A stretch of 64,000 nt of DNA from Anolis carolinensis. Its lineage: Eukaryota. The first letter of the stretch is position 1. Each line of letters opens with the position of its first letter. Where the stretch lies: NCBI RefSeq assembly GCF_035594765.1, contig NW_026943825.1:8981802-9045801 (forward strand), in the 5' to 3' direction. This document shows positions 26,793-39,560 of this stretch, piece after piece. A model generated the notes under the pieces. That model had not been told where the DNA came from, did no database searches, and saw only the letters and a list, made by a program, of their open reading frames with translations. The position numbers were made by a program, and so were the translations under genes.

Positions 26793-26850
26793 CTGTGTGG
26801 GAACCTTTGTGTTTTCGGCCTCGGCTCCCTTCGAATGTCCCGGAAGGATG
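26793..26850 (-). other. Probable 5' non-coding exon of the complexin-like gene (5' boundary approximate)
   Basis: Consensus donor CAG|GTGAGT at 26793/26792 pairs with the acceptor at 26613-26614 (180-bp intron); splicing gives gtcATGG Kozak context; TTTAAA TATA-like element near 26875. Confidence 0.55.
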
Positions 26851-27030
26851 AGAGCTCTAGTTGTCTCAAGGTCTTTAAAGAAAGATCTGGAGCAGCGCAG
26901 TCTCAGGCTTTCCTTGATCCCGACGGGTGACAGCTGGGTGGGTGGTGTCTCATGACAGGGATGATGGCCACCTGTCCGTCATCGGGACGTGCCGATCACC
27001 TGAGACACACTGCCCCACTTGGAACTAGAG

Positions 27031-27743
27031 CAGCGATGGGCGAGCTTTTGAGCTTGGTGTGTCAACATTCACCAAAAAACCTGGCATGACTAGAGTGTGT
27101 TAATGTGGGATTTGTGTATTAGTAGTGTTTAAATGAAATTTTTGTCTGGCATGTATTGCATACAGGTTGCATCATCCAGAGTATGCTATAGTCTGTAAAG
27201 AGTTAATGACTGAGAAGCTGTGTTGACCTTGATGAGTGGCTGGAACCTGGGGAGTAGAAGTGTGTTTGTACATTACTGATTGCGTCAGTTGAGATCTTAC
27301 TCTGTTCTAGTTTGTGTCTGCCTAGAGTGAAGGCCAAGCCTGCGTTCGTCTGCAATTCTGTTTGTCTTGTAAAGTAAAGCTTTGTATATACTTTTTAACA
27401 TCGTTTCTGACGTCTCTTCGTTCTGCGCTCCATTGACAACATACAACTGCTGCTACGCTGCGAATTACTCTGACAGAGTGGTGTGTCACTTTGAGAAAAA
27501 ACCCATAATTTTGCAATATGTATAGTTTAAATAACAAAAATGTATAATTGTAATATATAACTGTATTTAATAAATCAAAAACTATTTACTACCATTATTT
27601 CCATGTACAACAATCTATGGTACCTCTTGCAGTTTCCACGCTGATTTCTCTCTATTCTAGTTTCAATGTAGTCATGAATAATGAATAATATAATAGTAAT
27701 AATATGATAATATACTACAATAATAATAGAATAATAATAGAAT

Positions 27744-27791
<48 letters not shown>

Positions 27792-30183
27792 TCTATATAT
27801 ATATACTAGCTGTGCCCAGCCACGCGTTGCTGTGGCAAAGTGGTGGTGGTATTGGTTAAAAATTGTTGTGGAATTTTTATTTGATGTTATTTGTATTTTT
27901 TAATTAATTTTATTGTAACTTATCTTTTTTTATTTAATATATTTTATTATTTTCTTGTATTATTGTTAGTTATTTTGTGTTATTATAGTATGTTATTGTA
28001 TTAATTTTTAGTGTTTTTTATTATTTTTTAGTGTTTTTTATTATTTTTATTGTATTATTTGTATTTATTTTATTTTTATTCTTTCATTATTATTTGTGTT
28101 TTTATTATTTTATTATATTATTTGTATGTATTATATTTTATTATATGATTATATTATTTTTATTTATGTTTTTTTAATTGTATTATTTTATCTTGTTTTT
28201 TTATTTGTTTTTTGTATTTATTTTATTATTTTTGTTTCTCTTTGTATTGGGTTGCTCTGAGTTCTGTGGTCTGCCTGGTCATGTTCCAAATGTATTCTCT
28301 CCTGATGTTTCGCCTGCATGTATGGCAGACATCCTCAGAGGTTGTGAAATGTGTTGTAACGAAAGCAAGTGGGGTTTATATATCTGTGGAATGACCAGGG
28401 TGGAAGAAAGAACTGTTGTCTGCTTTAGGCAAGTGTGAATGTTGGAATTGGCACTAAATAGCCTTGTAGCTTGAAAGCCTGGATGGTTCCTGCCTGCCTG
28501 GAATGAACAAAATGTGGCTCCCAGTATGAAAAAAATCTGTGAAATCAGGACAGCTAACTAAAGAACAGCACTGAGCAATCAGGGAATTCCAGACATGATG
28601 TCCTGAGGGCCAGCTAACATCTCCCAACAAAGGATTCCTCTCTGAAGCAGGAAGCAGCCGGGCCTTGAAGGTGGAAGGGCATTCAATGGCAATCAAGGTG
28701 GCCAAGTGGGACATTCACAGTCGCCTCAGACAGATCAGAGTTGTCCCATCCTGGATATCATTGCTGAGATAGAAATAAACATCCCACTTGCCTGTTTTCA
28801 AACAGATCTCATAGTCTCTGAGGATGCCTGGCATAGACATGGATGGCCGTTTGGCAGCAGAGAGGGTCGAGAGGGAATGGGAGGTTTAATCGGCTTTTCC
28901 TGAATCCCTTCTTATTATCCAACATATTCAGTTATCCAATGTTCTGCCAGGGTGTTTATGTTGGATAAGCGAGACTCTACTATATATCTTATATTATCTG
29001 CTTAGAACTGGACTATATGAGGCTTCTTCTACAGAGTTGAATAAAATGCACACTGAAGTGGATTATATGGCAGTGTGGACTCAAGATAATCCAGTTCAAA
29101 GCAGATAATATAAGATTATAAATGGGTTACATAGCTGTGTGGAAGGGCCTTGAGTCTACAATGCCATATAATCCAGTGCAAATCAGATAATCTGTATTTT
29201 ATAGGCAGTGTGGGCTGAGTGGGTTGCTAGGCGACCAAGTGGGCGGAGCTTAGTCTTCTAACTGGCAGCAATTGGCTAAAGACAATTATTCCTCTCCCTC
29301 TAATTAGGACTTTATTTTTCTTTTCTTTTTGTTGTCGGAACCTAGGGGCAAGGATGGTGGATTGTGCTGCCAAATTTCTAGGTTCTGGGGCTTGTACTTT
29401 TGTTGTTTAGTGGGAGGGGAGGACACCATTTGTCTTTTATATATATAGATATACTAGCTGTGCCCAGCCACGCGTTGCTGTGGCAAAGTATGGTGGGATG
29501 GGAAATAAAGTATCTTATATTATCTGCTTAGAACTGGATTATATGAGGCCTCTTCTACACAGCTGTATAAAATGCACACTGAAGTGGATTATATGGCAGT
29601 GTGGAGTCAAGATAATCCAGTTCAAAGCAGATAATGTAAGATTATAAATGGGTTATATAGCTGTGTGGAAGGGCCTTGAGTCTACACTGCCATATAATCC
29701 AGTTAAAATCAGATAATCTGTATTTTATAGGCAGTGCGGAAGAGGCCTAAGTGAGGCCTAACTCTGCCTGTCCCCTGGGCTGAGTGGGTTGCTAGGAGAC
29801 CAAGTGGACGGAGCTTAGCCTTCTAACTGGCAGCAATTGGCTAAAAACAATTATTCCTCTCCCTCTAATTAGGACTTTATTTTTCTTTTCTTTTTGTTGT
29901 ATGAACGTAGAGGCATGGATGAGGGGTTGTGCTGCCAAGTTTAGTGTTTCTGGGATGTGTAGTTTTGTTGTTTTGTCCTAGGCCGAAATTTCATTACCCT
30001 TTTATATATATAGATGCAATGTGCATAATTCCCATGGAGTAAACAACAAAACCACTGGACCAAACACACCAAATTTGGCCACAAAAGACATTGTCATCCA
30101 ATCAATCTGCATGCAGCAGCGTGTCAGCAAAAATGGCTAGGTGTGTCAGTGCTGACACGCGTGTCATAGGTTGGTCATCACTG
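27031..30183. mobile_element. hAT-type element expanded by nested solo LTR, Helitrons, Penelope and MITE pieces
   Basis: Perfect 8-bp TSD AACTAGAG (27023-27030 and 30184-30191); imperfect TIRs CAGCGATGG / TCATCACTG. Confidence 0.75.
27098..27475. mobile_element. Solo LTR
   Basis: TG...CA ends with 5-bp TSD GAGTG; 378 bp. Confidence 0.7.
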
Positions 30184-32299
30184 AACTAGAGGCTCTCGGG
30201 ACCAAAATACAGTAGAGTCTCACTTATCCAAGACTCGCTTATCCAAGGTTCTGGATTATTCAAGCCATTTTTGTCATCAATGTTTTCAATATATTTTGGT
30301 GCTAAATTCGTAAACACAGTAATTACAACATGACTGCGTATTGAACTACTTTTTCTCTCAAATCTGTTGTATAACATGTCTTGGTGCTTAATTTGTAAAA
30401 TCATAACCTAGACTTTTCCTTAATTCCTCCTTATTATCCAAGATATTCGCTTATCCAAGGTTCTGCCGGCCAGTTTAGCTTGGATAAGTGAGACTCTACT
30501 GTAGCAAGCCCTTTGTCCTCTGAATTGATTCCAAATTCATGTGTTGCCCGTGTTGGGCATATTCATGGTTAGCGTTACGATTTTACTAGCGTATAGACCC
30601 AAATTTGAGAGTGGATTGATTTTGTCATTTGGGAGTTGTAGTTGCTGGGATTTATAGTTCACCGACAATCAAACTGTTCGCAAAGGTAAAAACCTTAAGT
30701 TGCAGAGTCAGCAGAAACAAAGCCCCGAAGTAATGTGGTAAACTTACTTTAATGCTGTAAAAGAAGCATAATGCAGGAACAAAAAACTCAGAGAGAGAGA
30801 ATACAGGCAGAGTGCAAAAAATATATAAATGACAAACATAGCTCCACCTGTATCTAATTGATAAAGCTCAAGGTACAAGCATACTACCAGTTAAAGGTAC
30901 ATGAACATGAACTATATAATTTTGCAAACATTCTAATACTTTCAACACAAACAGCATTCTGAATCCCACCAATGATGGAATTGAACCAGTCTTGGCACAC
31001 AGAACTCCCAACAGAGAATACTGGAAGGATTTGGTGGGCACTGACCTTGAGTTTGGGAGTTGTAGTTCACCTACATCCAGAGAGCACTGTGGACTCAAAC
31101 AATGATGGATCAGGACCAAACTTGGCACCAATACTCAGTAGGCCCAAATGTGAACACTGGTGGAGTTTGGGGGAAATCAACCTTGGCATTTGGGAGTTGT
31201 AGTTGCTCGGATGTATAGTTCGCCTACAATCAAAGAGCATTCTGAGCCCCAGCAATGATAGAATTGGGCCAAACTTGACACAGAACTCCCATGAATGATA
31301 GAAAATATGGAGAGATTTGGGTTCCTAAGAGCATAAGAAATAGAGTCTCACTTATCCAACACACGCTTATCCAACATTCTGGATTATCCAACGCATTTTT
31401 GTAGTCAATGTTTTCAATACATCGTGATATTTTGGTGATAAATTCGTAAATATAGTAATTACAACATAACATTACTGCGTATTGAACTACTTTTTCTGTC
31501 AAATCTGTTGTATAACATGTTTTGGTGCTTAATTTGTAAAACCTAATTTGATGTTTAATAGGCTTTTCCTTAATGCCTCCTTATTATCCAAGATATTCAC
31601 TTATCCAACATTCTGCCGGCCCGTTTATGTTGGATAAGTGAGACTCTACTGTATATAGGCCACGTCGAGTGCCATCTCCCACGAATTGGAGCATTTGCTG
31701 AGGATTTTGCTGTCCAAAGCAATCGGTCAGAGGAGTGCTCCGGAGGGGCTTAGGCAGGGCTTAGGCGGCCGTAAGCGTGAGGGACTCTCAGGCCAAGGGC
31801 AAACGAGAACAGGTGGTCACTGGGCTTCCACCTTAAGCTCCTTACAGCAAAAGTAGGGGACGGGCACGGACAAGAAACACACCATCACAGCAACACTCAT
31901 GAAGCCCGTGGACAGTTTCAGCAGAAAGGAGGAAACCGTGAAAATGAACACAATCTGGATCCCAGTATTAAAAATACTCTAAAATCAGGAGAGTAAATAA
32001 AGAACAACACACAAAAACAGGAGAATTCCAGGCAGGAAACAATCAGGGCCAGCTAACACCTCCCGACAAAGGATTCCCCCAGGAAGGAAGCAGCTGGGCT
32101 TTGAAACTGCCAGACCATTCAATGCTAATCAAGGTGACCAATGGCAACATTCACAGGACCTTCCCCTATGCGGTACTTGGAACCGGATGACTCACAAGGA
32201 AAGCCCAGAAACAGAGGCTGGCTGGCCATCTGTCAGGAGGGCTCTGGTGGTGTTGTTCTGTTGTATTGGAAACTGCCCAGAGTCCCATGAGGAGATAGG

Positions 32300-32875
32300 T
32301 TGGTATATAAAGTGATTATTATTTTATTGTATGTCACAGCAAACAAGATAGACATGCTGGATTTCGTATCACCAAATCACAAGTCGAACACTTCCCAAGT
32401 GTCTAGGACTGTGTGATGTATTTGTTAGATTTTAGCCTTTCTTGTAAGCCGCCCCGAGCCCTAGGGGAGTGGCGGCATAGAAGTTTAAATAATAAATAAA
32501 TAAATTAAAATAAATTTTCAGATGATGTGTGTAGATCCCAGTCGGGTGGCCTTTTGCAGTTGGCAGATTGTGATTTTGTCAATGTCTATTGTTTCCAAAT
32601 GCCGACTGAGATCTTTTGGCAAAGCACCCAGTGTGCCCATCACCACCAGGACCACCTGCACTGGTTTCTGCCAGAGTCTTTGCAGTTCAATCTTGAGGTC
32701 CTGATAGTGTTATTATTATTTTATTTTATTATGACACAGCAAACAAGATAAACATGCTGGATTTCATATCACAAAATCACAAGTCGAACACTTCCCAAGT
32801 GTCTAGGACTGTGTGATGTATTTTCGGATGATGCACGCAGATCCCAGCAGGGTGGCCTTTTGCAGTTGGCAGATC

Positions 32876-32934
<59 letters not shown>

Positions 32935-33226
32935 TTCATGTCAGGAGCAACTTGAGTCGCTTCTGGAGTGAGAGAATTGGCTGTCTGCAAGGATGTTGCC
33001 CAGAGGACGCCCGGATGTTTTTGATGTTTTTACCATCCTTGTGGGAGATTTCTCTCTTGTCCCCGGATGGAGCTGGAGCTGATAGAGGGAGCTCATCCGC
33101 ACTCTCCCTGGGTGGGATTCGAACCTGGCAGCTTTCAGGTCAGCAACCCAACCTTCAAGTCACTTAGTCCACTACACCATCGGGGGTTCCACTATTATTA
33201 TTATTAAACTCATCTTGTTGTGTTTC

Positions 33227-33265
<39 letters not shown>

Positions 33266-33328
33266 CAGAAACACAACAAGGTAAGTCCACAGCAGACACT
33301 CTGCTGGCTGTTGTACTGGATCACATGC

Positions 33329-33330
<2 letters not shown>
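32300..33330 (-). mobile_element. Cluster of R4/Dong-like 3' fragments plus a SINE, interspersed with TAA/TTA microsatellites
   Basis: Reverse complement of the 11200-11500 sequence (CACTTCCCAAGTGTCTAGGACTGTG) occurs repeatedly. Confidence 0.7.
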
Positions 33331-33384
<54 letters not shown>

Positions 33385-33673
33385 CTGCCTGGCAGAATGG
33401 GGTTCGGCCGTTGAGGTCTCATCCAAATCTATGATTCTATAAAAATAATGATTACATTATTAGATAATAATGTTGATAAGAGTCTCTGGAGGCTTTTAAG
33501 CAGAAGCTGGCTGGCCATCTGTCGGGAGGGCTTTGGTGGTGTTTTCCTGCCTGGCAGAATGGGGTTGGGCTGAGAAATGCAAACGTCTTGAGGAGGAGGA
33601 ACTTTACGGCCGGGATCCCATGAGACAAGACAAGAGCAATTCAAGGGGCAGACCCGTGGTATCAATTCATGTA

Positions 33674-33819
33674 TTTATTTTTACACAAAGCCTGTACAAA
33701 ACCCATATAAAACTCTGTCATCGCAAGGGGGTTATGGTTATTATTATCCAAAAATAACTCCCAAAGGGGAAGGGAATGGAGATATCTGCAAGGGGAATGG
33801 AGGGAGGCACGGTTTTATT
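33674..33819 (-). terminator. Two AATAAA polyA signals in the CLK2 3'UTR (33814-33819 and 33674-33679)
   Basis: TTTATT on the plus strand about 270 and 410 nt downstream of the stop. Confidence 0.6.
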
Positions 33820-34087
33820 TACATGGAGTGGATTGCCATTGGGTTATTATATATACACTATCTCACATATAGACAAGCTTTACATGATTTTAAAAAAAGG
33901 AAACCCGGAGGGTCGGGGGAGCGAGGGTGGGATCAGGGTTTCGTCCGCATTGTCTCTTTGAAAAGCACCAAAATGGACCCGTGCACACACCCCCCCCCCC
34001 CGTGCCGGCCTCCACAGGGGCCAAGTGTGCGGAGGAGGAGCGCCTTGCATGCGAAGGGGAAGGAGGGGGTTCGGGACGCCGCGCCCG

Positions 34088-34276
34088 TCACCGGCTGATG
34101 TCCCGGCTGGCGTCCCAGGGCTTGGGTCCCGGGGGGTGCGGGGGCTTGAGGGGGTCAAAGAAGGGGTGCTTCAAGGCCTCGGCCAGGGTCAGGCGCTTGG
34201 AGGGCTCGTACTCCAGCATTCCCTCAATCAGGTCGAAGAGCTGGTGGTGCTCCTCTGCTTCCGACGCCAGGTATCT
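34088..34276 (-). CDS. CLK2: CLK2 last coding exon 13
   Basis: [40 protein letters not shown]...WDASRDISR*; the CLK2-type C-terminus; exon lengths sum to 1506 nt (501 aa plus stop). Confidence 0.96.
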   Translation of the reverse strand, partial: RYLASEAEEHHQLFDLIEGMLEYEPSKRLTLAEALKHPFFDPLKPPHPPGPKPWDASRDISR

Positions 34277-34778
34277 CTGCAAAGGAAAGGAACATATTTT
34301 TGTTTTATTTATCTGAGTCCCGTTATGCCAAAGAAGGAGGATCTAATGATAAGAGCTGCTCAGCAGTGGAATATTCTATTGGACATAACCTATTGGAAAT
34401 AACTGCACCCAGTCTCTTGACACATATATCCTTTTGGAAATAAATGGCAATCACAACCTTGATGCCATATCCATTTGGCAAATATGAATCTCCATGAACA
34501 TGTGGAGACATACCACTAGTCAATTTATAATAATTTTCTTTAACCCATATCGATAAATTTTCCAAATGTCTCTGTCTCCATAACTGTGACCACGCCATTC
34601 ATTTATTTTGTCCCTAAATCCGCCTCCCAGTGATTTTTTATTTCTCCTTCATTGATTTAGTCCCGACCCTAGGGCCTTGAATTTACCATACACCGAGCCA
34701 TTTAAGTCATGTAATTATCTTGAGAGTCTCACAGTGTCTAATTACCGAAGACTATTCACAAAAGCGAGACTAAATGTA

Positions 34779-35124
34779 CAGTAGAGTCTCACTTATCCAA
34801 GCTAAACGGGCCGGCAGAAGCTTGGATAAGCGAATACCTTGGATAATAAGGAGGGATTAAGGAAAAGCCTATTAAACATCACATTAGGTTATGATTTTAC
34901 AAATTAAGCACCAAAACATCATGTTATACAACAAAAATTAAGCACCAAAACATCATGTTATACAACAAAAAGTAGTTCAATACGCAGTAATGTTATGTTG
35001 TAATTACTGTATTTACGAATTTAGCACCAAAATATCACGATATATTGAAAACATTGACTACAAAAATGGCTTGGATAATCCAGAGGCATGGATAAGCAAG
35101 GCTTGGATAAGTGAGACTCTACTG
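34779..35124. mobile_element. Tc1/mariner-pogo-type MITE (representative; about 14 copies, e.g. 2539-2860, 15254-15637, 30210-30501, 38267-38574, 48190-48513, 56401-56698, 57652-57974, 62977-63302)
   Basis: TIR CAGTAGAGTCTCACTTATCCAA, TA flanks, internally repeated CTTATCCAA. Confidence 0.8.
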
Positions 35125-35737
35125 TACTTCCATCATAGCTGCTAAATGGCAGACTATCTGGTATCCCCTACTCCCAAAGATTATGCCCATGTGGTAGAAA
35201 TGAAATAGAATCATTAGAACACATCCTGTTGCAGTTACTCAGCCCAATGAGGTCAACTCATTCACCCAATCATGACTCAATTGTCTGACCATAGCCCGCA
35301 AGGGAAGGTCAGATATCTGGTGGAGGATAAGCACCATGCGGTGACCCTCACGGTGGCAAAGTTCCTTGCAGTGGCAGCAAGGCTGAGAAAAAAACCTAGT
35401 CTCTGATCAGGGTTTTACCTGACTTTGTGTAGTTTGTTAAGCAATTCCCCCGGTTTGACTGTTCTGTAAACTCTTGTATATTATTCACTTAACAGCTGTG
35501 GGTCCATGGACCGTAATAAAGTTATGTATGTATATATTCATTGATTTCATTTAATATCTTATATTTTTTACTGGTTATTCCTTTCACATTTTTATGTTCC
35601 TCTCTATCTCTTTGACCTCCCCCAGTCTACAACATCGTTTGGGTGACATCAAGCTGCCCTGCGTATCTTTCTTCCCGGAACCTAAACAGCTTTGAGATCA
35701 ATCTTTCTTTTCGTACAAAGCACTAGTAGCATCTTAC

Positions 35738-35828
35738 CTGCAGTGGCTTGCAGTTCTCCCGTACGTAGCGCCCTGCGGAAGTGTTTTCGTCCCAGTCTAG
35801 GCGGCCGTGATAGAAGTATTTCTGCTTC
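35738..35828 (-). CDS. CLK2: CLK2 exon 12
   Basis: [30 protein letters not shown]; 91 bp. Confidence 0.96.
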
Positions 35829-35919
35829 CTGCGGAGGAACAAGACATTGCCAAGGAGGGTCAGTTACTCAAAAGTCACTCTGGCATAAAGGGTTTGGGGA
35901 AAATACAGTCAAACACATA

Positions 35920-36689
35920 CTGTATATACTCGAGTATAAGCCTAGTTTTTCAGCCCTTTTTTAAGACTGAAAAAGCCGCCCTCGGCTTATACTCGGGTGA
36001 GGGTCCTGGTTGGCTTATATTTGGGTCAGCTTATGCTCGAGAACGTATGGTACATTTATTATTTTTCTCTATTATTATTGGTATTGTTACAGTTATTATT
36101 TTTCTCTATTATTGTTGCTATTATTTTACTCTATTTTTATTATTATTAATAATAAATTTATTATTTCACTCTGATCTTGTTATTATTATTGCATTTATAA
36201 TTTTACTCTATTATTACTTGTATTCTTTTCCTGTATTATTATTATTACATGTATTATTTTACTCTATTATTGATATTATTACATGTATTATTTTTCTCTG
36301 TTATTGTTGCTACTATTACATTTATTTTACTCTATTTTTATTATTATGAATACATTTATTATTTCACTCTGATCTTATTATTATTGCATTTATTATTTTA
36401 CTCTATTATTATTAAAAGGATAAATGAGCAGATTTACATTGAATAAGATGAGAATAATGATTTGATCAGAGTTGGAGAGACTTATCTTAAATTTGAGCTT
36501 GATGTAAATATTCAAAAACATTTAACCTACCGATGCCTCAATTAATGTAATTTTATTGGTATCTATTTTATTATTTCTGAAATTTACCAATCTCGGCTTA
36601 TACTGGAGTCAATGTTTTCCCAGTTTTTTTGTGGTAAAATTAGGTGCCTCAGCTTATTTTCGGGCTGGCTTATACTCGAGTATATACGG
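35920..36689. mobile_element. Second Tc1/mariner-type MITE family (other copies at about 1596-3093, 8300-8644, 40402-41078, 48020-48843, 53797-54490)
   Basis: TIR C(C/T)GTATATACTCGAGTATAAG, TA flanks, AT-rich interior. Confidence 0.75.
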
Positions 36690-37073
36690 TACATTAAAAA
36701 GGTTGCTGGGGCTTCCGATGGCTTGGAAAGAGAGGAAGGAGGGAGCTCGCGCAAAGGGAGGAAAGAGAAGACGAAGATTATCCTTCTCTTTGAGCCCAAA
36801 GAATGCAAAAAAATGGTACATTAAAAAACATAAATGACTTACCATATATTCTTGAGTATAAGCTGACCCAAATATAAGCCAACCAGGACCCTCACCCGAG
36901 TATAAGCCGATGGGGGCTTTTTCAGTCTTAAAAAAAGGGCTGAAAAACTAGGCTTATACTCGAGTAGAATCATAGAGTTGGAAAAGACCAGTTCATGCCC
37001 AGTTCTATATACAGTATTTCCTTGATATACAGTGCCATCTCCCCCAATCCTAAAAGCAACGGGTGTCACTCAC

Positions 37074-37153
37074 CGGGTCTTCCGGGTCATCCGGGATGGG
37101 ATGGGGCCCAGGATCCGCTCCATCATGGCCAGATGCTCTCGGTTGTCATGGGT
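37074..37153 (-). CDS. CLK2: CLK2 exon 11 ([17 protein letters not shown] motif)
   Basis: [26 protein letters not shown]; 80 bp. Confidence 0.97.
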
Positions 37154-38573
37154 CTGAATGAACACATTGAGAAGGGGTGGGGAAGAAGGATGCTATCCAC
37201 AGGCTTCAAAGGTTCCAGTTGGCCATGTTGCATTTCTGTGCCAGTTTTGGTTCAGACCCCTCAGAAATATGCGTTTTCTGGTGGTCTTTGGCAACTCCTC
37301 TGAAACCCACTCACGACCTCCCCCCAGATTGAGAAACTCTTTTCCTGCCTTTTGAACTCATGGTTCCATTGAGTTCTAATCTCCAGAGCAGCAGAAAACA
37401 AGCCTGCTCTCTCTTCCTTATTTCAACTCTGGTCCAAGCACTCTTTGCAAGAATCCCAGAAACTATACTAAGGAGACTGGAAGAAACTGGTTATATTACA
37501 ATCCAGTTGTGAGATAGATGATATTATTATTATTATTATTATTAGGTAAAGGTTTTCCCCTGATGTTAAGTCCAGTCGTGTCCAACTCTGGGGGTTGAAG
37601 CTCATCTCCATTTCTAAGCCAAAGAGCCGGCGTTGTCCGTAGACACCTCCAAGGTCATGTGGCTACGGGCATGACTGCATGGAGTGCTGTTATCTTCCCG
37701 CCGGAGCAGTACCTATTGATCTACTCACATTGGCATGTTTTTGAACTGCTAGGTTGGCAGAAGCTAGAGCTAACAGCGGGAGCTCATTCCGCTCCCCAGA
37801 TTTGAACCTGGGACCTTTCGGTCTGCAAGTTCAGCAGCTCAGCACTTTAACACTCTGAGCCACCAGAGGCTCCTATTATTATTATTACAACTTTATTTAT
37901 ATCCTGCCACCATCTCCCAGAGGGACTCGGGGCAGCTCACAAAACACTCAAGGTTCCAAGTCTTTTTTGAACTGTTCAGTTATTATTATTGTCCTGGTTT
38001 TAATTCCGTTGATGTGTTTTATTGCTTTATATAGTTATGTTTTTAATTGCTTGTTTTGTGCTTTAACCTGTGCTGTTGGGCTTGTCCCCATGTGAGCCGC
38101 CCCGAGTCCCTTCGAGGAGATGAAGGCGGGATACACAAATAAAGTTGTTGTCATTATTATTATTATTCTGTTATTCCCAGTAATTGCAGGGCTGACAGAA
38201 GTCCAATCCCAAAAATAGTTCAAGGGGCATTAGGTTGCCCATCCCATTAAGACATGGTGCTTGGTACAGTAGAGTCCCACTTATCCAACGTTCTGGATTA
38301 TCCAACGCATTTTTGTAGTCAATGTTTTCAATACATTGTGATATTTTGGTACTAAATTTATAAATACAGTAATTACTACATAGCATTACTGTGTATTGAA
38401 CTACTTTTTCTGTCAAATTTGTTGTATAACATGATGTTTTGGTGCTTAATTTGTAAAATCATAACCTAATTTGATGTTTAATAGGCTTTTCCTTAATCTC
38501 TCCTTATTATCCAACATATTCGCTTATCCAATGTTCTGCTGGCCTCTTTATGTTAGATAAGTGAGACTCTACT

Positions 38574-38617
<44 letters not shown>

Positions 38618-38765
38618 TTCATTTATATCCCGCCTCCATCTCCCCTGAAGGGGACTCGGGGCGGCTCACAGAAATATCAAATACAGTAAAAACAATAACA
38701 GTATACAATAAATCAATAGACAAAAAACATGCACCAATTACAAAATCTAAACATGGTACACTCAC

Positions 38766-38848
38766 CTGGAATAAGGTGAAGCCCATATAGTATTCAAAGA
38801 GAATGCATCCGGTGCTCCAGACATCACAGGGCTGGGCCCAGCCAAGCT
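38766..38848 (-). CDS. CLK2: CLK2 exon 10
   Basis: [27 protein letters not shown]; 83 bp. Confidence 0.96.
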
Positions 38849-38975
38849 CTGAGGAAATGAAGGAAAATGGGATCTCACTGACCATGGGATCTCACTGAGC
38901 AGCTGGTCAAACCAAAGCAGGTCGAATCCCACAGCAAACACCCACTCAAGACCCCAATGGCCCCTTTGTGCTGAC

Positions 38976-39105
38976 CTAGAATGACCTCTGGCGCCCGGTA
39001 GTGCCGCGTAGAGACAATGGTGCTGTGATGCTCGTGGTCGAAGGTGGCACTGCCGAAATCAACCACCCGGACTGCGGTGTTCTTGACACTTCGCTCGTCT
39101 CGCTT
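38976..39105 (-). CDS. CLK2: CLK2 exon 9 (DFG to APE)
   Basis: [43 protein letters not shown]; 130 bp; uses an AAG acceptor. Confidence 0.94.
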
Positions 39106-39356
39106 CTTGTGGGAAACGGGGGCGAAAGCAGGGCGGGGAAGGGGGGGAGGAAGCAGCGGTTAAGGGTACAGAACAGAGACATCTTTAGCTTCCCCTGCTT
39201 GGCTCCCATTCCATCTTGTCTTCGGATAGCAGGGCATGGGCAAACCTGGGCCCTCCGGGTGTTTTGGACTTCAACTCCCACAATTCCTAACAGCCGGTAG
39301 GTTTGCCCATGCCCTGGGACAAGGCGGAACTGATTTTCCCCAAACCACGGGCTCAC

Positions 39357-39451
39357 CTTTTCCAGGTTGTACGTCATTTCGTAATCCGAATTGACAAAGA
39401 GGATGTTTTCCGGCTTGAGGTCTGTATGAGTGAGCTTGTTTTCATGCAAAA
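39357..39451 (-). CDS. CLK2: CLK2 exon 8 (catalytic loop)
   Basis: [31 protein letters not shown]; 95 bp. Confidence 0.96.
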
Positions 39452-39560
39452 CTGCAAAGATACAGAAGAGGGGGAAACTATTAGTTCGCTTTTAGAATTT
39501 AGAATTGAACGGAAGTTGATGAACACATCTAATAATAATAATAATGGCCTTATTTGTATT

